A stretch of 64,000 nt of DNA from Polaromonas sp. YR568 (GCA_945878995.1 CAMCUN010000004.1:682-64681), one strand, 5' to 3'. Numbered from the stretch's first letter, positions 35,529 through 46,095 are shown. Notes: generated from the letters alone by a model not told the origin. Program-made: numbers and translations.

Positions 35529-35915
35529 ATGCAGCCTGTCTCGCCTTTGGGCCTGGACGACAAGACACCCGGCGACCGCCTGGTGATGCAAATCCTCTAC
35601 GGACTGCACACCTTGGCTTGGTTTTCCGGGGGGACGCTGGCGGTGGTGGCGCTGGTGGTCAACTACATACGCCGCGCCGACGAGCGCGATGGACTCTGGC
35701 GCGCTCACCACAGCTACATGATCGCTACCTTTTGGTGGACGCTGCTGTGGCTGGTGTTGTTGTCCCCACTGTGGTTGCTCTTTATTTTTCCAGGCTGGAT
35801 CGCCTACTTTGGGGTCTTGCTGTGGTACCTTTTTCGCTGTATCAAGGGCTGGCTGCGCTTTAATGGCGACCGCTTGCCCACCGACCTTCCCCTTGACCAG
35901 ACCGATACCCCATGA
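35529..35915 (+). CDS. Conserved small inner-membrane protein (about 3 TM segments), function unknown
   Basis: 128 aa with three clear hydrophobic segments and high GC3. ATGA overlap with the downstream HIT gene. A membrane protein is common at this his-tat junction in Burkholderiales. I could not assign a family by eye. Confidence 0.6.
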   Translation: MQPVSPLGLDDKTPGDRLVMQILYGLHTLAWFSGGTLAVVALVVNYIRRADERDGLWRAHHSYMIATFWWTLLWLVLLSPLWLLFIFPGWIAYFGVLLWYLFRCIKGWLRFNGDRLPTDLPLDQTDTP

Positions 35916-36283
35916 GCCAGCCCACGCACGCCCCAGACAACTGTATTTTTTGCAAGATTGCCGCTGGAAAAATCCCCAGCCGCAAGGTTTACGAAGACGA
36001 GGACATTTTTGCCTTTCACGACATCAACCCTTGGGCGCCTGTACATTTCCTCATCATCCCGCGCCAGCACATTGCCTCCATGGCCCAGGTGGGCGCCGAG
36101 CACGAAGCCTTGCTCGGGCGCATGATGACGCTGGCGCCGCGCTTGGCCCTGGAGCAAGGCTGCAAGCCTTACCCCGAGGGTGGGTTTCGCATTCTCACCA
36201 ACACCGGCGCCGAAGGCGGGCAGGAGGTGCACCACCTGCACTGGCATGTCATGGGCGGACCCAGGCCTTGGTTGCGGGGCTGA
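35912..36283 (+). CDS. hinT: Histidine triad (HIT) nucleotide-binding protein
   Basis: CIFCKIAAGKIPS and the HIT motif HHLHWHVMGG. Confidence 0.9.
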   Translation: MSQPTHAPDNCIFCKIAAGKIPSRKVYEDEDIFAFHDINPWAPVHFLIIPRQHIASMAQVGAEHEALLGRMMTLAPRLALEQGCKPYPEGGFRILTNTGAEGGQEVHHLHWHVMGGPRPWLRG

Positions 36284-36423
36284 GGGAGCCCTTGAAAGGG
36301 CATTGAGGTGGCGGGTCGCCGCCATGGACTTACCTTTGCTCACGGGTTTTGTCTTTTAAGGTCTATAGAATCTGCGAGTTTTGTGAGAGGCCCAACCTCG
36401 GGTCACCTATTCAGGAGCTAAAC

Positions 36424-36675
36424 ATGGGTTCGTTTTCTATTTGGCACTGGCTGATCGTGCTGGTGATTGTGGTGATGGTGTTTGGCACCAAAAAGCTCAG
36501 AGGCATGGGTTCAGACTTGGGCAGTGCGGTCAAAGGCTTCAAAGACGGCGTCAAAGACAGCAATGCGCCGCCCGCCGAAGAGCCCGCTGCTCAAAATTCA
36601 GCCCAGGTGGCCAACCAGACCGCCGTTCAGCCCGACAAAAACACCATTGACGTGCAGGCACGCGCCAAGTCTTGA
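36424..36675 (+). CDS. tatA: Twin-arginine translocase subunit TatA
   Basis: [40 protein letters not shown] is the canonical TatA N-terminus. An AGGAG Shine-Dalgarno sequence sits upstream. The ORF-track start at 36349 was rejected. Confidence 0.93.
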   Translation: MGSFSIWHWLIVLVIVVMVFGTKKLRGMGSDLGSAVKGFKDGVKDSNAPPAEEPAAQNSAQVANQTAVQPDKNTIDVQARAKS

Positions 36676-36717
36676 TGATGGCTGGGACGAGCTGCGCACC
36701 CTTGGCGCGCGACTGAC

Positions 36718-37197
36718 ATGATTGACCTTGGCATCTCAAAAATAGCGCTCATTGGCGCTATTGCACTGATCGTGATCGGCCCTGATAAATTGCCGCGCGT
36801 GGCCCGCACCATTGGGGCCCTGCTGGGCAAGGCCAGGCGCTACGTGGCCGATGTCAAGGATGAGGTCAGCCGGACCATGGACCTCGAAGAGCTCAAGAAG
36901 ATGAGGGACACCGTGGAGTCTGCGGCCCGAGATGTCGAAACCTCGGTGCAGACCACGGCCAGTGACCTTGAAAGCTCTTGGGGCGAAGCGACTTCCTCGC
37001 TGACCTCGGACAGCAGCACAAGCTATGTGCCCTCCATGACCGTGTTTCCCGAGTACAAACACCCGGGTAAAAAGTGGCGCGTCAAGCAAGGCGCCATGCC
37101 GCAGTGGTACAAGTCGCGCTCGGGTGTGCGCACCAAAGCCTTGTCGGGTGCCGCGCGCGTGGCGCGTTACCGGCCCAAGCCCAGCGCGCATGCCTGA
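36718..37197 (+). CDS. tatB: Twin-arginine translocase subunit TatB
   Basis: [33 protein letters not shown] is the TatB N-terminus, followed by an acidic/helical tail. Confidence 0.9.
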   Translation: MIDLGISKIALIGAIALIVIGPDKLPRVARTIGALLGKARRYVADVKDEVSRTMDLEELKKMRDTVESAARDVETSVQTTASDLESSWGEATSSLTSDSSTSYVPSMTVFPEYKHPGKKWRVKQGAMPQWYKSRSGVRTKALSGAARVARYRPKPSAHA

Positions 37198-37245
37198 AGT
37201 CCGGGCTTTTTGCTCACAGCCCCTGAACCGCAGAATTTCACCCCC

Positions 37246-38043
37246 ATGAGCGATCCGCAGAACACCAAGCCCGACGAGTTGGCCGGCACCGAACAGCCTT
37301 TTGTGCAGCACCTCAAGGAGTTGCGCGACAGGCTGATCAAAGCCGTTCTGGCCATTGGCGTGATGGCCGGCGTGCTCGCGCTCTTTCCCGGCCCCAGTGC
37401 GCTGTATGACCTGATGGCCGCGCCCTTGGTAGCCACCTTGCCGCCTGGCGCCACCTTGATTGCCACCAACGTGGTGTCGCCCTTTGTGGTACCCATCAAG
37501 ATTTTGTTCATGGCTGCCTTCATGCTGGCCTTGCCCGTGGTGCTCTACCAAGTGTGGGCCTTTGTCGCGCCCGGTCTTTACTCGCATGAGAAAAAACTGG
37601 TGTTTCCGCTGGTGGTCTCGAGCACTCTGTTGTTTTTCATAGGCGTGGCATTTTCTTACTTCCTGGTTTTTGGCCAGGTGTTCAAGTTCATCCAAAGCTT
37701 TGCGCCCAAGTCCATCACGGCCGCCCCTGACATTGAGGCTTACCTCAGCTTTGTGCTGGGCATGTTCCTGGCATTTGGCTTGGCCTTTGAAGTGCCAGTG
37801 GCTGTGGTGTTGCTGGTGCGCATGGGCATTTTGACCGTGGCCCAACTGCGCGAGTGGCGCGGTTATTTTTGGGTGATTGCTGCCGTGGGCACTGCCCTGG
37901 TCACGCCGCCTGATGCCGGCTCCATGCTGATGTTGTTGGCGGTGGTGGGCAGTTTGTACGAGGTAGGCATCATTGCGGCCAGTCTTTTTCTCTCGAAAAC
38001 CAAGTCCTCCAGTGAAGACAGTGATTCGGCGGCCAAACCGTGA
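37246..38043 (+). CDS. tatC: Twin-arginine translocase subunit TatC
   Basis: FVQHLKELRDRL then six TM segments, with PGLYSHEK and the FEVPVAVVLLVRMGI motif. Confidence 0.93.
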   Translation: MSDPQNTKPDELAGTEQPFVQHLKELRDRLIKAVLAIGVMAGVLALFPGPSALYDLMAAPLVATLPPGATLIATNVVSPFVVPIKILFMAAFMLALPVVLYQVWAFVAPGLYSHEKKLVFPLVVSSTLLFFIGVAFSYFLVFGQVFKFIQSFAPKSITAAPDIEAYLSFVLGMFLAFGLAFEVPVAVVLLVRMGILTVAQLREWRGYFWVIAAVGTALVTPPDAGSMLMLLAVVGSLYEVGIIAASLFLSKTKSSSEDSDSAAKP

Positions 38044-38079
38044 ATTTTTTGAGCCTTTAAGCCTGGTTTGAAGCCGCCT

Positions 38080-39219
38080 TCAGCGCAGCCGTTTGGCCTG
38101 TTGGCGCTTGCCTGGTGTCACCTGTATCTCCAAGCTGCCTTCTCGCCGCTCCACCCCCAGTTTGGAAGCCGCGCCAGGTTGCAGGGCAGCCACCGCGCTG
38201 AGTAACTCTGTGACATTTTTTACAGGCTGACCGGCCACCGACACGATCACGTCGCCAGGCCGCACACCCGCTTGGGCGGCCGGGCCGTTTTGCAGCACGC
38301 CGGTGATGATCACGCCTGTTTTGCTGCGCACTTTGAAGGTCTCGGCCAACTCCGCATTGAGCTCTTGCGGTTCCACCCCTATCCAGCCCCGCACCACCTG
38401 GCCATCGCGCACGATGGAGTCGAGCACCTGGCGGGCGGTGGAGACGGGAATGGCAAAACCAATGCCCATGGAGCCGCCTGAGCGTGAATAAATGGCGGTG
38501 TTGATGCCCAGCAACCTGCCTTGCGTGTCGACCAGCGCGCCGCCTGAGTTCCCTGGGTTGATGGCGGCATCGGTTTGGATGAAGTTTTCAAACACGTTGA
38601 TGCCCAACTGGTTGCGCCCCAGCGCAGAGATGATGCCGCTGGTCACCGTTTGACCCACGCCAAAAGGGTTGCCAATGGCCAGCACCTGGTCACCGATTTC
38701 CAGGTCATCGGAGTTGCCCAGCACCACCACGGGCAGGCGATCGAGTTCAATTTTCAGCACGGCCAGGTCGGTTTCCGGGTCCACCCCCACCACCCGGGCG
38801 CGGGCTTTGCGCTGGTCATTGAGGCTGACCTCAACGTTGTCAGCACCTTCAATCACATGGTGGTTGGTCAAGATGTAGCCGCTGGCGCTGACGATGACGC
38901 CGCTGCCCAAGCCCGCCTGGGGTTCACCTTCGGCTTGTTCGCCGAAGAAAAAGCGGAACCATGGGTCCTGTGCATGGGGGCTGCGGTTTGTTTTGTTGGC
39001 GGTGATGCTGACCACCGCCCCAGACGCTGCCTTGGCGGCCGCGCTGAAGCTGCCGGGCGCTGCCAGCTTGACCGAGCCGCTGGCCGGCGCCTCGATCACG
39101 GACACGCCGGCTGCGGGGCCGCGCCGGTTCAGCCAGTCCGGCTTGAGCGTGGCCACCACAAAGTAAGCGGCCAACAGGACGGTGACAGTTTGAGAAAAAA
39201 GCAACCAAATTTTTCGCAT
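38080..39219 (-). CDS. Membrane-anchored S1C serine endoprotease with a single PDZ domain (DegS/AlgW-like)
   Basis: N-terminal TM anchor, catalytic H (TNHHVIEG), D (DLAVLKI) and S (GNSGGALV), and one C-terminal PDZ (GVRPGDVIVSVAG). Confidence 0.88.
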   Translation of the reverse strand: MRKIWLLFSQTVTVLLAAYFVVATLKPDWLNRRGPAAGVSVIEAPASGSVKLAAPGSFSAAAKAASGAVVSITANKTNRSPHAQDPWFRFFFGEQAEGEPQAGLGSGVIVSASGYILTNHHVIEGADNVEVSLNDQRKARARVVGVDPETDLAVLKIELDRLPVVVLGNSDDLEIGDQVLAIGNPFGVGQTVTSGIISALGRNQLGINVFENFIQTDAAINPGNSGGALVDTQGRLLGINTAIYSRSGGSMGIGFAIPVSTARQVLDSIVRDGQVVRGWIGVEPQELNAELAETFKVRSKTGVIITGVLQNGPAAQAGVRPGDVIVSVAGQPVKNVTELLSAVAALQPGAASKLGVERREGSLEIQVTPGKRQQAKRLR

Positions 39220-39319
39220 AGAGGTGATTTAAATAAGCACAAAAAGCCGCATTCAAGGGCTATCAAAGCTTCGATTTTCACCGCAAATCCCGCCGACGCT
39301 CGGAAGACATAATTCGTTC

Positions 39320-40174
39320 ATGTCTGACCCATTTTTTCCCCTGAGCCTGGCGCCTGGCGCTGAAAGCCCAGCCCCTGAGCGCGTGTCAGCCGAGGCCGCC
39401 CCCGGCGTGGGCCGGCAAGCGCTGCTGGCCCACTTCGACGCCTTGCTGCAACCCGAACGCTTCAAAGACTACGGACCCAATGGGCTGCAGGTCGAGGGCC
39501 GGCCTTGGGTGAGGCGCATCGTCTCTGGGGTGACCGCCAGCTTGGCCCTGATTGAGGCGGCCGTGGCCTGCGAGGCCGACGCGGTGTTTGTGCACCACGG
39601 CCTGTTTTGGCGCGGTCAAGACGGGCGCGTCACCGGCTGGATGAAGCAGCGCCTGGCCCTGCTGCTCAAGCACGAGATCAATTTGTTCGCCTACCACTTG
39701 CCGCTTGACGCCCACCCTTTGCTGGGCAACAACGCGCAGCTGGGTCTGCGGCTGGGACTGCAGGCTTTTGAGGGGCTGGCCGGGCGTTTTGGCGACCAAG
39801 CCTTGGGCTGGCTGGGCCAGCGCGTGGACAAGGCTGCTTTTGCCAGTCCCGCAGAATTGGCACTGCTGACCGAGCGTGCGCTGGGCCGCCCCGTGACCCT
39901 GGTGCCTGGCCGCGACGGGCCCGTAGAGCGCATTGCCTGGTGCACAGGCGGCGCACAAGGCCACTTTGAGGAGGCCATTGCTGCCGGGGCCCATGCCTTC
40001 ATCACCGGTGAAATCTCAGAGCCGCAAGCGCATTACGCCCGCGAAATGGGGGTGAGCTTCATTGCCTGTGGTCATCATGCCTCTGAGCGCTATGGCGCTC
40101 CTGCCGCAGCCGGTCATGTGGCCGAGCAGTTGGGCCTTTTTCACCAGTTCATTGACGTAGACAACCCGGCATGA
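39320..40174 (+). CDS. Nif3-like dinuclear metal center protein (YbgI / GTP cyclohydrolase I type 2 homologue)
   Basis: DYGPNGLQVEG, VFVHHGLFW, NLFAYHLPLDAHP and ITGEISE motifs typical of the NIF3 family. Confidence 0.85.
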   Translation: MSDPFFPLSLAPGAESPAPERVSAEAAPGVGRQALLAHFDALLQPERFKDYGPNGLQVEGRPWVRRIVSGVTASLALIEAAVACEADAVFVHHGLFWRGQDGRVTGWMKQRLALLLKHEINLFAYHLPLDAHPLLGNNAQLGLRLGLQAFEGLAGRFGDQALGWLGQRVDKAAFASPAELALLTERALGRPVTLVPGRDGPVERIAWCTGGAQGHFEEAIAAGAHAFITGEISEPQAHYAREMGVSFIACGHHASERYGAPAAAGHVAEQLGLFHQFIDVDNPA

Positions 40175-41232
40175 AGCCTTTGGTCATTAGCATGGGCGAT
40201 GCCGCAGGCATAGGCCCGGAGATCATCCTCAAGGCCCTGGCCGCTTGGCCGGCAGACTTGGGCGCCTGCGTGGTCATGGGCGATGTGGCTGCCATGCGGC
40301 GCGCCAAGTCTTTGCCCGGCCTGGCCGAGTTGCCCTTGGCGCTGGCCGAATTGCACAGCCTGGCCGATGCCGCTGCCTTGCCGCCGGCTTGCGTGGGCGT
40401 CTTGCAGGCCTGCACCCCCCTGGCCTTACCGGTCTTTGGCCAAGTCAGCCCCGCCGCCGGTCTGGCGGCTGGGCAGTCCATCGTGGCCGGGGCGCAGGCG
40501 GTGCTGGCGGGCCAGGCCGCGGCCCTGGTGACAGCGCCCATTCACAAAGAGGCATTGGCGGCGGCGGGCCTGCCGTGGTCGCAGTTTCCGGGGCACACCG
40601 AGCTGTTGCAGGCCGAGGCGGCACGTTTTGCGGGCCGCTCCGTGGCCGACATGCCGGTTCGCATGATGTTGGCCAACCTCGAATTGCGCACCGTGCTGGT
40701 GAGCATCCACCTGTCTTTGCGCCAGGCGCTGGACCAAGTGACGCTGCCTGCGGTTTTGCAGACCCTGCGCATCACCCACGCCAGCTTGAGCCTGGCTTTG
40801 GGCCGGCCACCTCGCATGGCGGTGGCCGGGCTCAACCCCCATGCGGGAGAAGGCGGTTTGTTTGGCCGGGAGGAATTGGACGTCATTGCGCCGGCCATTG
40901 AGGCGGCGCGGGCAGAAGGCATACTGGCCAGCGGCCCTTATGCGCCAGACACCATCTTCATGCGCGCTCGCGCAGAGGCGGGTCAGCCTGGGGGTTTTGA
41001 CGTGGTCGTTGCCATGTACCACGACCAGGGGCTGATTCCCGTGAAGTACCTGGGCCTGGAGCACGGAGTGAATGTCACCCTGGGCCTGCCCCTGCTGCGC
41101 ACCAGCCCAGACCACGGCACCGCCTTTGATTTGGCGGGCACGGGCCTGGCCGATGCGTCCAGCCTGCTGGCCGCCATGCGTTTGGCCCGCCAGTGGAGTG
41201 TTCGCGCTCTCAGCCCTGGGCTTGTCCCTTGA
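40171..41232 (+). CDS. pdxA: 4-hydroxythreonine-4-phosphate dehydrogenase
   Basis: [49 protein letters not shown] and [11 protein letters not shown] motifs. Confidence 0.92.
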   Translation: MKPLVISMGDAAGIGPEIILKALAAWPADLGACVVMGDVAAMRRAKSLPGLAELPLALAELHSLADAAALPPACVGVLQACTPLALPVFGQVSPAAGLAAGQSIVAGAQAVLAGQAAALVTAPIHKEALAAAGLPWSQFPGHTELLQAEAARFAGRSVADMPVRMMLANLELRTVLVSIHLSLRQALDQVTLPAVLQTLRITHASLSLALGRPPRMAVAGLNPHAGEGGLFGREELDVIAPAIEAARAEGILASGPYAPDTIFMRARAEAGQPGGFDVVVAMYHDQGLIPVKYLGLEHGVNVTLGLPLLRTSPDHGTAFDLAGTGLADASSLLAAMRLARQWSVRALSPGLVP

Positions 41233-41650
41233 GCTGATCGCGAATTTCTCTGAGCAAGACCACGTCTTCGGGCGTGGTGGGGGCCGCTGGCGCCGGGGCA
41301 GCTTCTTGGCGCTTGAGCCGATTGATCTGCCTGACCATCAAGAAAATCACAAAGGCCAAGATCAAGAAATTCACGCTGACGGTGATGAACTGCCCATAAG
41401 CGAAGACCGGCACGCCCGCCTTTTTCAAAGCGTCCAGCGTGCTGGCCGTGCCGGGCGGGATGGTCCCCAGCACCACAAACAGGTTGGAGAAATCAATTTT
41501 TCCGATGACTGCTGCCACCAAGGGCATGATCAAGTCGCCCACCATGGAGTCCACCAAGCGGGCAAACGCGGCGCCGATGATGACGCCAATGGCGAGGTCC
41601 ATCACATTGCCTTTGAGGGCAAATTCTTTGAATTCACTGGAGATGGTCAT
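41210..41650 (-). CDS. mscL: Large-conductance mechanosensitive channel
   Basis: From the internal ATG: [43 protein letters not shown], the canonical MscL N-terminus. About 146 aa. Confidence 0.92.
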   Translation of the reverse strand: MTISSEFKEFALKGNVMDLAIGVIIGAAFARLVDSMVGDLIMPLVAAVIGKIDFSNLFVVLGTIPPGTASTLDALKKAGVPVFAYGQFITVSVNFLILAFVIFLMVRQINRLKRQEAAPAPAAPTTPEDVVLLREIRDQLKGQAQG

Positions 41651-41922
41651 GGTTTTATTTCCTTTAGAAAGCCACCGCTGAAAAAACGCGGGATTCAAGG
41701 TTACTTTAAAAATTTAGTTAAAAAATATTAACAATTGAACGCAAAAAGTGCGCTCACTCGTAAGGAATATTGACTCTCTGCCGCTTGTCTTTAGGGGCCA
41801 AGTTCAGTCTGAACAGACGTGCTGTCGGGCTATTTCCAGCGTCTGGCAGCAGACTAGGCACCTCCGGTAGAATATCGGGTTATCCCCGATGACCTTAATC
41901 AGTGAGTTTTTGAAGGATCCTC

Positions 41923-42558
41923 ATGTCTCAAAGCAGCAGCACTCCCAGTGCGGCCTCCGTGTCTTCGGTGCCCGCAGACCCCTCTAAAAGAAACTGGATC
42001 CTGACCACCGCTGCCGTGGGTGGTGCAGGTGCTGCCGCCGTGGCCGTGCCATTCATCAGCTCCTTTCAGCCCTCAGAGCGGGCCAAGGCTGCAGGCGCGG
42101 CGGTAGAGGTTGATATTTCGGCCCTCAAGCCAGGTGAAAAAGTCACTGTGGAATGGCGCGGCAAGCCGGTCTGGATTCTCAAGCGCACACCTGAACAGCT
42201 CGAAGGTCTTAAAAAGACCGAATCGCAACTGGCCGATCCGAAGTCTGAGCGCAAGCCCGGCGAGCTGACACCGGCTTACGCCCGCAATGCCCTTCGCTCC
42301 ATCAAGCCTGAACTGTTTGTGGCCGTGGGCATTTGCTCGCATCTGGGTTGCTCGCCCATTGACAAGCTTCAGACGGGTGCGCAGCCTTCGCTGCCCGATG
42401 ACTGGGAAGGCGGGTTTCTGTGCCCCTGCCACGGTTCTACCTTTGACGTGGCTGGCCGCGTGTTCAAAAACAAACCCGCTCCAGACAATTTGGAAGTGCC
42501 ACCGCACATGTACCTCTCCGACACGCGCTTGTTGATCGGCGAAGACAAAAAAGCTTGA
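41923..42558 (+). CDS. petA: Ubiquinol-cytochrome c reductase Rieske iron-sulfur subunit
   Basis: Rieske boxes CSHLGC and CPCHGS, and a TAT-like N-terminal region. Confidence 0.93.
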   Translation: MSQSSSTPSAASVSSVPADPSKRNWILTTAAVGGAGAAAVAVPFISSFQPSERAKAAGAAVEVDISALKPGEKVTVEWRGKPVWILKRTPEQLEGLKKTESQLADPKSERKPGELTPAYARNALRSIKPELFVAVGICSHLGCSPIDKLQTGAQPSLPDDWEGGFLCPCHGSTFDVAGRVFKNKPAPDNLEVPPHMYLSDTRLLIGEDKKA

Positions 42559-42624
42559 GGCTCGTTTGAACCGCACTTTGGCTATGGTGCTGCGGGCGGT
42601 TCGTCCTTAGATTAGGAAATTCAA

Positions 42625-44025
42625 ATGTCAGAATTCAAATCGATTTCTCCTGACGCCCCTGCGGGCGCCAAGCTCATGAACTGGGTGGACAACCGCTTTC
42701 CTGCGACCCAGTTGTTCAAAGACCACATGAGCGAGTACTACGCTCCCAAGAACCTCAACATTTGGTACGTGTTTGGGGCTTTGTCGCTGTTGGTGCTGGT
42801 GATTCAGATCGTCACCGGTATTTTCTTGACGATGAACTACAAGCCTGACGCAGCGCAGGCTTTTGCCTCTGTCGAGTACATCATGCGCGATGTGCCCTAC
42901 GGCTGGCTCATCCGTTACATGCATTCCACCGGTGCCAGCGCCTTCTTTGTGGTGGTCTACCTGCACATGTTCCGAGGCCTGATTTACGGCAGTTACCGCA
43001 AGCCGCGCGAATTGGTCTGGGTCTTTGGCTGCGCGATTTTCCTGTGCCTGATGGCCGAAGCCTTCATGGGCTACTTGCTGCCTTGGGGCCAAATGAGCTA
43101 TTGGGGCGCCCAGGTGATCGTTAACCTTTTTGCTGCCATTCCTTTCATTGGCCCTGACCTGGCTTTGTTGATTCGCGGCGACTATGTGGTGGGTGACGCC
43201 ACCCTCAACCGCTTTTTTGCCTTCCACGTGATTGCCGTGCCCTTGGTGCTGCTGGGCTTGGTGGTGGCGCACATCATTGCATTGCATGAAGTGGGTTCGA
43301 ACAACCCCGACGGCGTGGACATCAAGGCCAAAAAAGATGCCAATGGCATTCCTTTGGATGGCATTCCTTTCCACCCCTACTACAGCGTGCATGACATCTT
43401 TGCGGTCGGCGTGTTCTTGTTGATCTTCTCGGCCATCGTGTTTTTCGCACCTGAAGCGGGCGGCTACTTCTTGGAGTACAACAACTTCATCCCGGCCGAT
43501 CCGCTCAAGACTCCTGCGCACATTGCGCCCGTCTGGTACTTCACGCCTTACTACTCCATGCTGCGCGCCATCACGTCTGAAATGATGTATGTGCTGGTGC
43601 TGTGTGTGGTCGGTGCTGCCGCCTTGACCGTGCTCAAAAGCAAGCTGCCCGGCCTGCTCAAAGGCGCTGCTTTGGGCGCTGCAGTGGCGCTGATTGCCTT
43701 GATGCTGAGCATTGACGCCAAGTTCTGGGGCGTGGTGGTCATGGGTGGTGCAGTCATCATCTTGTTTTTCTTGCCTTGGCTGGACAACAGTGAAGTCAAG
43801 TCCATTCGTTTCCGTCCAAGCTGGAACAAGTGGTTGTATGCCTTGTTTGTGGTGAATTTTGTGGTGTTGGGTTACCTGGGCATCAAGCCGCCCTCACCCA
43901 TCAATGAGCGCGTTTCCCAAATCGGCACCCTGTTTTACTTCGGCTTTTTCCTCTTGATGCCCTGGTGGAGCCGCTTGGGCACCTTCAAGACCGTGCCCGA
44001 CCGCGTGAACTTTGTCGCGCACTGA
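42625..44025 (+). CDS. petB: Cytochrome b (bc1 complex)
   Basis: 466 aa polytopic protein. IRYMHSTGASAFF, WGQMSYWGAQV, PEWYF-like PVWYFTPYY, and its position between petA and petC. Confidence 0.95.
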   Translation: MSEFKSISPDAPAGAKLMNWVDNRFPATQLFKDHMSEYYAPKNLNIWYVFGALSLLVLVIQIVTGIFLTMNYKPDAAQAFASVEYIMRDVPYGWLIRYMHSTGASAFFVVVYLHMFRGLIYGSYRKPRELVWVFGCAIFLCLMAEAFMGYLLPWGQMSYWGAQVIVNLFAAIPFIGPDLALLIRGDYVVGDATLNRFFAFHVIAVPLVLLGLVVAHIIALHEVGSNNPDGVDIKAKKDANGIPLDGIPFHPYYSVHDIFAVGVFLLIFSAIVFFAPEAGGYFLEYNNFIPADPLKTPAHIAPVWYFTPYYSMLRAITSEMMYVLVLCVVGAAALTVLKSKLPGLLKGAALGAAVALIALMLSIDAKFWGVVVMGGAVIILFFLPWLDNSEVKSIRFRPSWNKWLYALFVVNFVVLGYLGIKPPSPINERVSQIGTLFYFGFFLLMPWWSRLGTFKTVPDRVNFVAH

Positions 44026-44044
44026 ACGCCGGAGAAAGTAAGCC

Positions 44045-44809
44045 ATGACAAAAATCAAACATATCGCTCTCGGTCTTTTGGCCAGCTTGGCATTCATCTC
44101 AGGCGCACAAGCGGCTGCCACTGGCATTGCATGGGACAAGGCGCCCAACCGCACCAATGACTTGCCCGCCTTGCAAAACGGCGCCAAGCTCTTTGTCAAT
44201 TACTGCCTGAACTGCCATTCGGCGGCTTTCATGCGCTACAACCGCCTGACCGACATTGGTTTGACGGAAAAGCAAATCAAGGACAACTTGTTGTTTGCCA
44301 CCACCAAGGTGGGCGACACCATGAAGGTGTCTTTGGACCCCAAAGAGGCCGCACAGTGGTTTGGCGGCAACCCCCCAGACCTGACGGTGATCGCCCGTTC
44401 GCGCTCCGGTGCCAACGGCTCAGGTGCGGATTACATCTACACCTACTTGCGCACCTACTACCGGGACGACACCAAGGCCACGGGCTGGAACAACCTGGCT
44501 TTTCCCAATGTGGGCATGCCGCATGTGCTGTGGGAGTTGCAAGGTGAGCGTCAGCCTGTGTTTGAGACGGCCAGCAGCCACGGGCAAGATGTTCAGGTGT
44601 TCAAAGGCTGGCAGCAGGTCAAGCCGGGCACCATGGACCAGCGCACCTATGACTCGTCCATTGCCGATCTGGTAGGCTACCTCTCCTGGATGGCCGAACC
44701 GGCCCAAAACACACGCATCCGCATGGGTGTCTGGGTGTTGCTGTTCCTGGGTCTGTTCATTCTGGTGGCATGGCGAATGAACGCGGCCTACTGGAAAGAC
44801 ATCAAGTAA
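44045..44809 (+). CDS. petC: Cytochrome c1
   Basis: Signal peptide, haem motif CLNCHS, and a C-terminal TM anchor (VWVLLFLGLFILVAW). Confidence 0.9.
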   Translation: MTKIKHIALGLLASLAFISGAQAAATGIAWDKAPNRTNDLPALQNGAKLFVNYCLNCHSAAFMRYNRLTDIGLTEKQIKDNLLFATTKVGDTMKVSLDPKEAAQWFGGNPPDLTVIARSRSGANGSGADYIYTYLRTYYRDDTKATGWNNLAFPNVGMPHVLWELQGERQPVFETASSHGQDVQVFKGWQQVKPGTMDQRTYDSSIADLVGYLSWMAEPAQNTRIRMGVWVLLFLGLFILVAWRMNAAYWKDIK

Positions 44810-44814
44810 TCTTT

Positions 44815-44836
44815 GCCGGGCCCTTTCGGGCCCGGC
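44815..44836 (+). terminator. GC-rich hairpin after petC (possible terminator with a weak T-tract)
   Basis: gccgggcc-cttt-cgggcccggc followed by cctcttt. Confidence 0.45.
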
Positions 44837-44909
44837 CCTCTTTGGAGTGGCAGTCTTGGGGATGTGGTCCCCAGGCCTCCACTCCTTTGTAATCTAGGAG
44901 TTCCCTGTC

Positions 44910-45521
44910 ATGATGGTTTTGTACTCCGGCACGACCTGCCCGTTTTCGCACCGTTGCCGTTTTGTGTTGTTCGAAAAGGGCATGGACTTTGAGATCCGCG
45001 ATGTGGACTTGTACAACAAGCCCGAAGACATCAATGTGATGAATCCCTACGGCCAGGTGCCCATCCTGGTTGAGCGCGACCTCATCTTGTACGAGTCCAA
45101 CATCATCAATGAGTACATTGACGAGCGTTTTCCGCACCCCCAACTCATGCCCGGTGACCCTGTGGACCGTGCCCGCGTGCGTTTGTTCTTGCTCAACTTT
45201 GAAAAAGAACTCTTTGTGCATGTCTTAACCCTGGAGTCCCGTGCGGCCAAAGGCAACGAGAAAACCCTGGAAAAAGCCCGTGCTCACGTCCGCGACCGCC
45301 TGACCCAACTCGCCCCGGTGTTCCTCAAGAACAAGTTCATGCTGGGCGACAACTTCTCCATGCTCGACGTCGCCATTGCGCCCTTGCTCTGGCGCCTGGA
45401 TTACTACGGCATTGAGTTGTCCAAAAATGCCGCCCCCTTGCTCAAGTACGCCGAGCGCATTTTTTCGCGCCCTGCCTACATTGAAGCGCTCACACCCTCT
45501 GAAAAAGTGATGCGCAAATAA
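44910..45521 (+). CDS. sspA: Stringent starvation protein A (GST-like)
   Basis: MMVLYSGTTCPFSHRCRFVLFEKG, NPYGQVPILVERDL and ESNIINEYIDERFPHPQLMP closely follow SspA. Confidence 0.93.
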   Translation: MMVLYSGTTCPFSHRCRFVLFEKGMDFEIRDVDLYNKPEDINVMNPYGQVPILVERDLILYESNIINEYIDERFPHPQLMPGDPVDRARVRLFLLNFEKELFVHVLTLESRAAKGNEKTLEKARAHVRDRLTQLAPVFLKNKFMLGDNFSMLDVAIAPLLWRLDYYGIELSKNAAPLLKYAERIFSRPAYIEALTPSEKVMRK

Positions 45522-45537
45522 GCACGGGAGCTGTGTC

Positions 45538-46095
45538 TTGTCTGAACTGATGAACGCACCCGATGCCACCTCCACCCGGCCCTACCTGATTCGGGCCTTG
45601 TACGAGTGGTGCACCGACAACGGGTTCACGCCCTATGTCGCGGTGCTGGTCGATGAAACGGTGCAAGTGCCTAGAGAGCATGTGAGGAACAATGAAATTG
45701 TGCTGAACATCAGCTTCGATGCCACTAGCTCGCTCAAATTGGGCAACGATTTCATTGAGTTCAAAGCCCGTTTTTCTGGCACAGCCCGCGAGATCGTGGT
45801 GCCCATCAACCGCGTACTGGCCATTTATGCCCGCGAAAACGGCCAAGGCATGGCTTTTCCTGCTGCGCCCCCCGTCGTCAGTGCAGGCCCATCAGCGTTT
45901 TCGTCCGTGGCGCTGGCCAGGGTTGACGATGCCCCTGAGCCGGTAGCCGCCAGCAAGGCCTTGACGCCCCCGGACAGCCGGGTGGTGTCACTGCGCGGCG
46001 AGCCGGCCAGCAGCAAAGACCAAGACGCCGAGCCCCCGCCCGAGCCGCCCAAGCCAGGCGATGGCAAACGCACTGCGCTCAAGCGGGTGAAATAG
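45538..46095 (+). CDS. sspB: ClpXP adaptor / stringent starvation protein B
   Basis: RPYLIRALYEWCTDNGFTPYV and VLNIS motifs, a disordered Pro/Ala-rich linker, and a basic C-terminal ClpX-binding-like tail ALKRVK. Start is TTG 45538 or ATG 45550. Confidence 0.88.
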   Translation: MSELMNAPDATSTRPYLIRALYEWCTDNGFTPYVAVLVDETVQVPREHVRNNEIVLNISFDATSSLKLGNDFIEFKARFSGTAREIVVPINRVLAIYARENGQGMAFPAAPPVVSAGPSAFSSVALARVDDAPEPVAASKALTPPDSRVVSLRGEPASSKDQDAEPPPEPPKPGDGKRTALKRVK

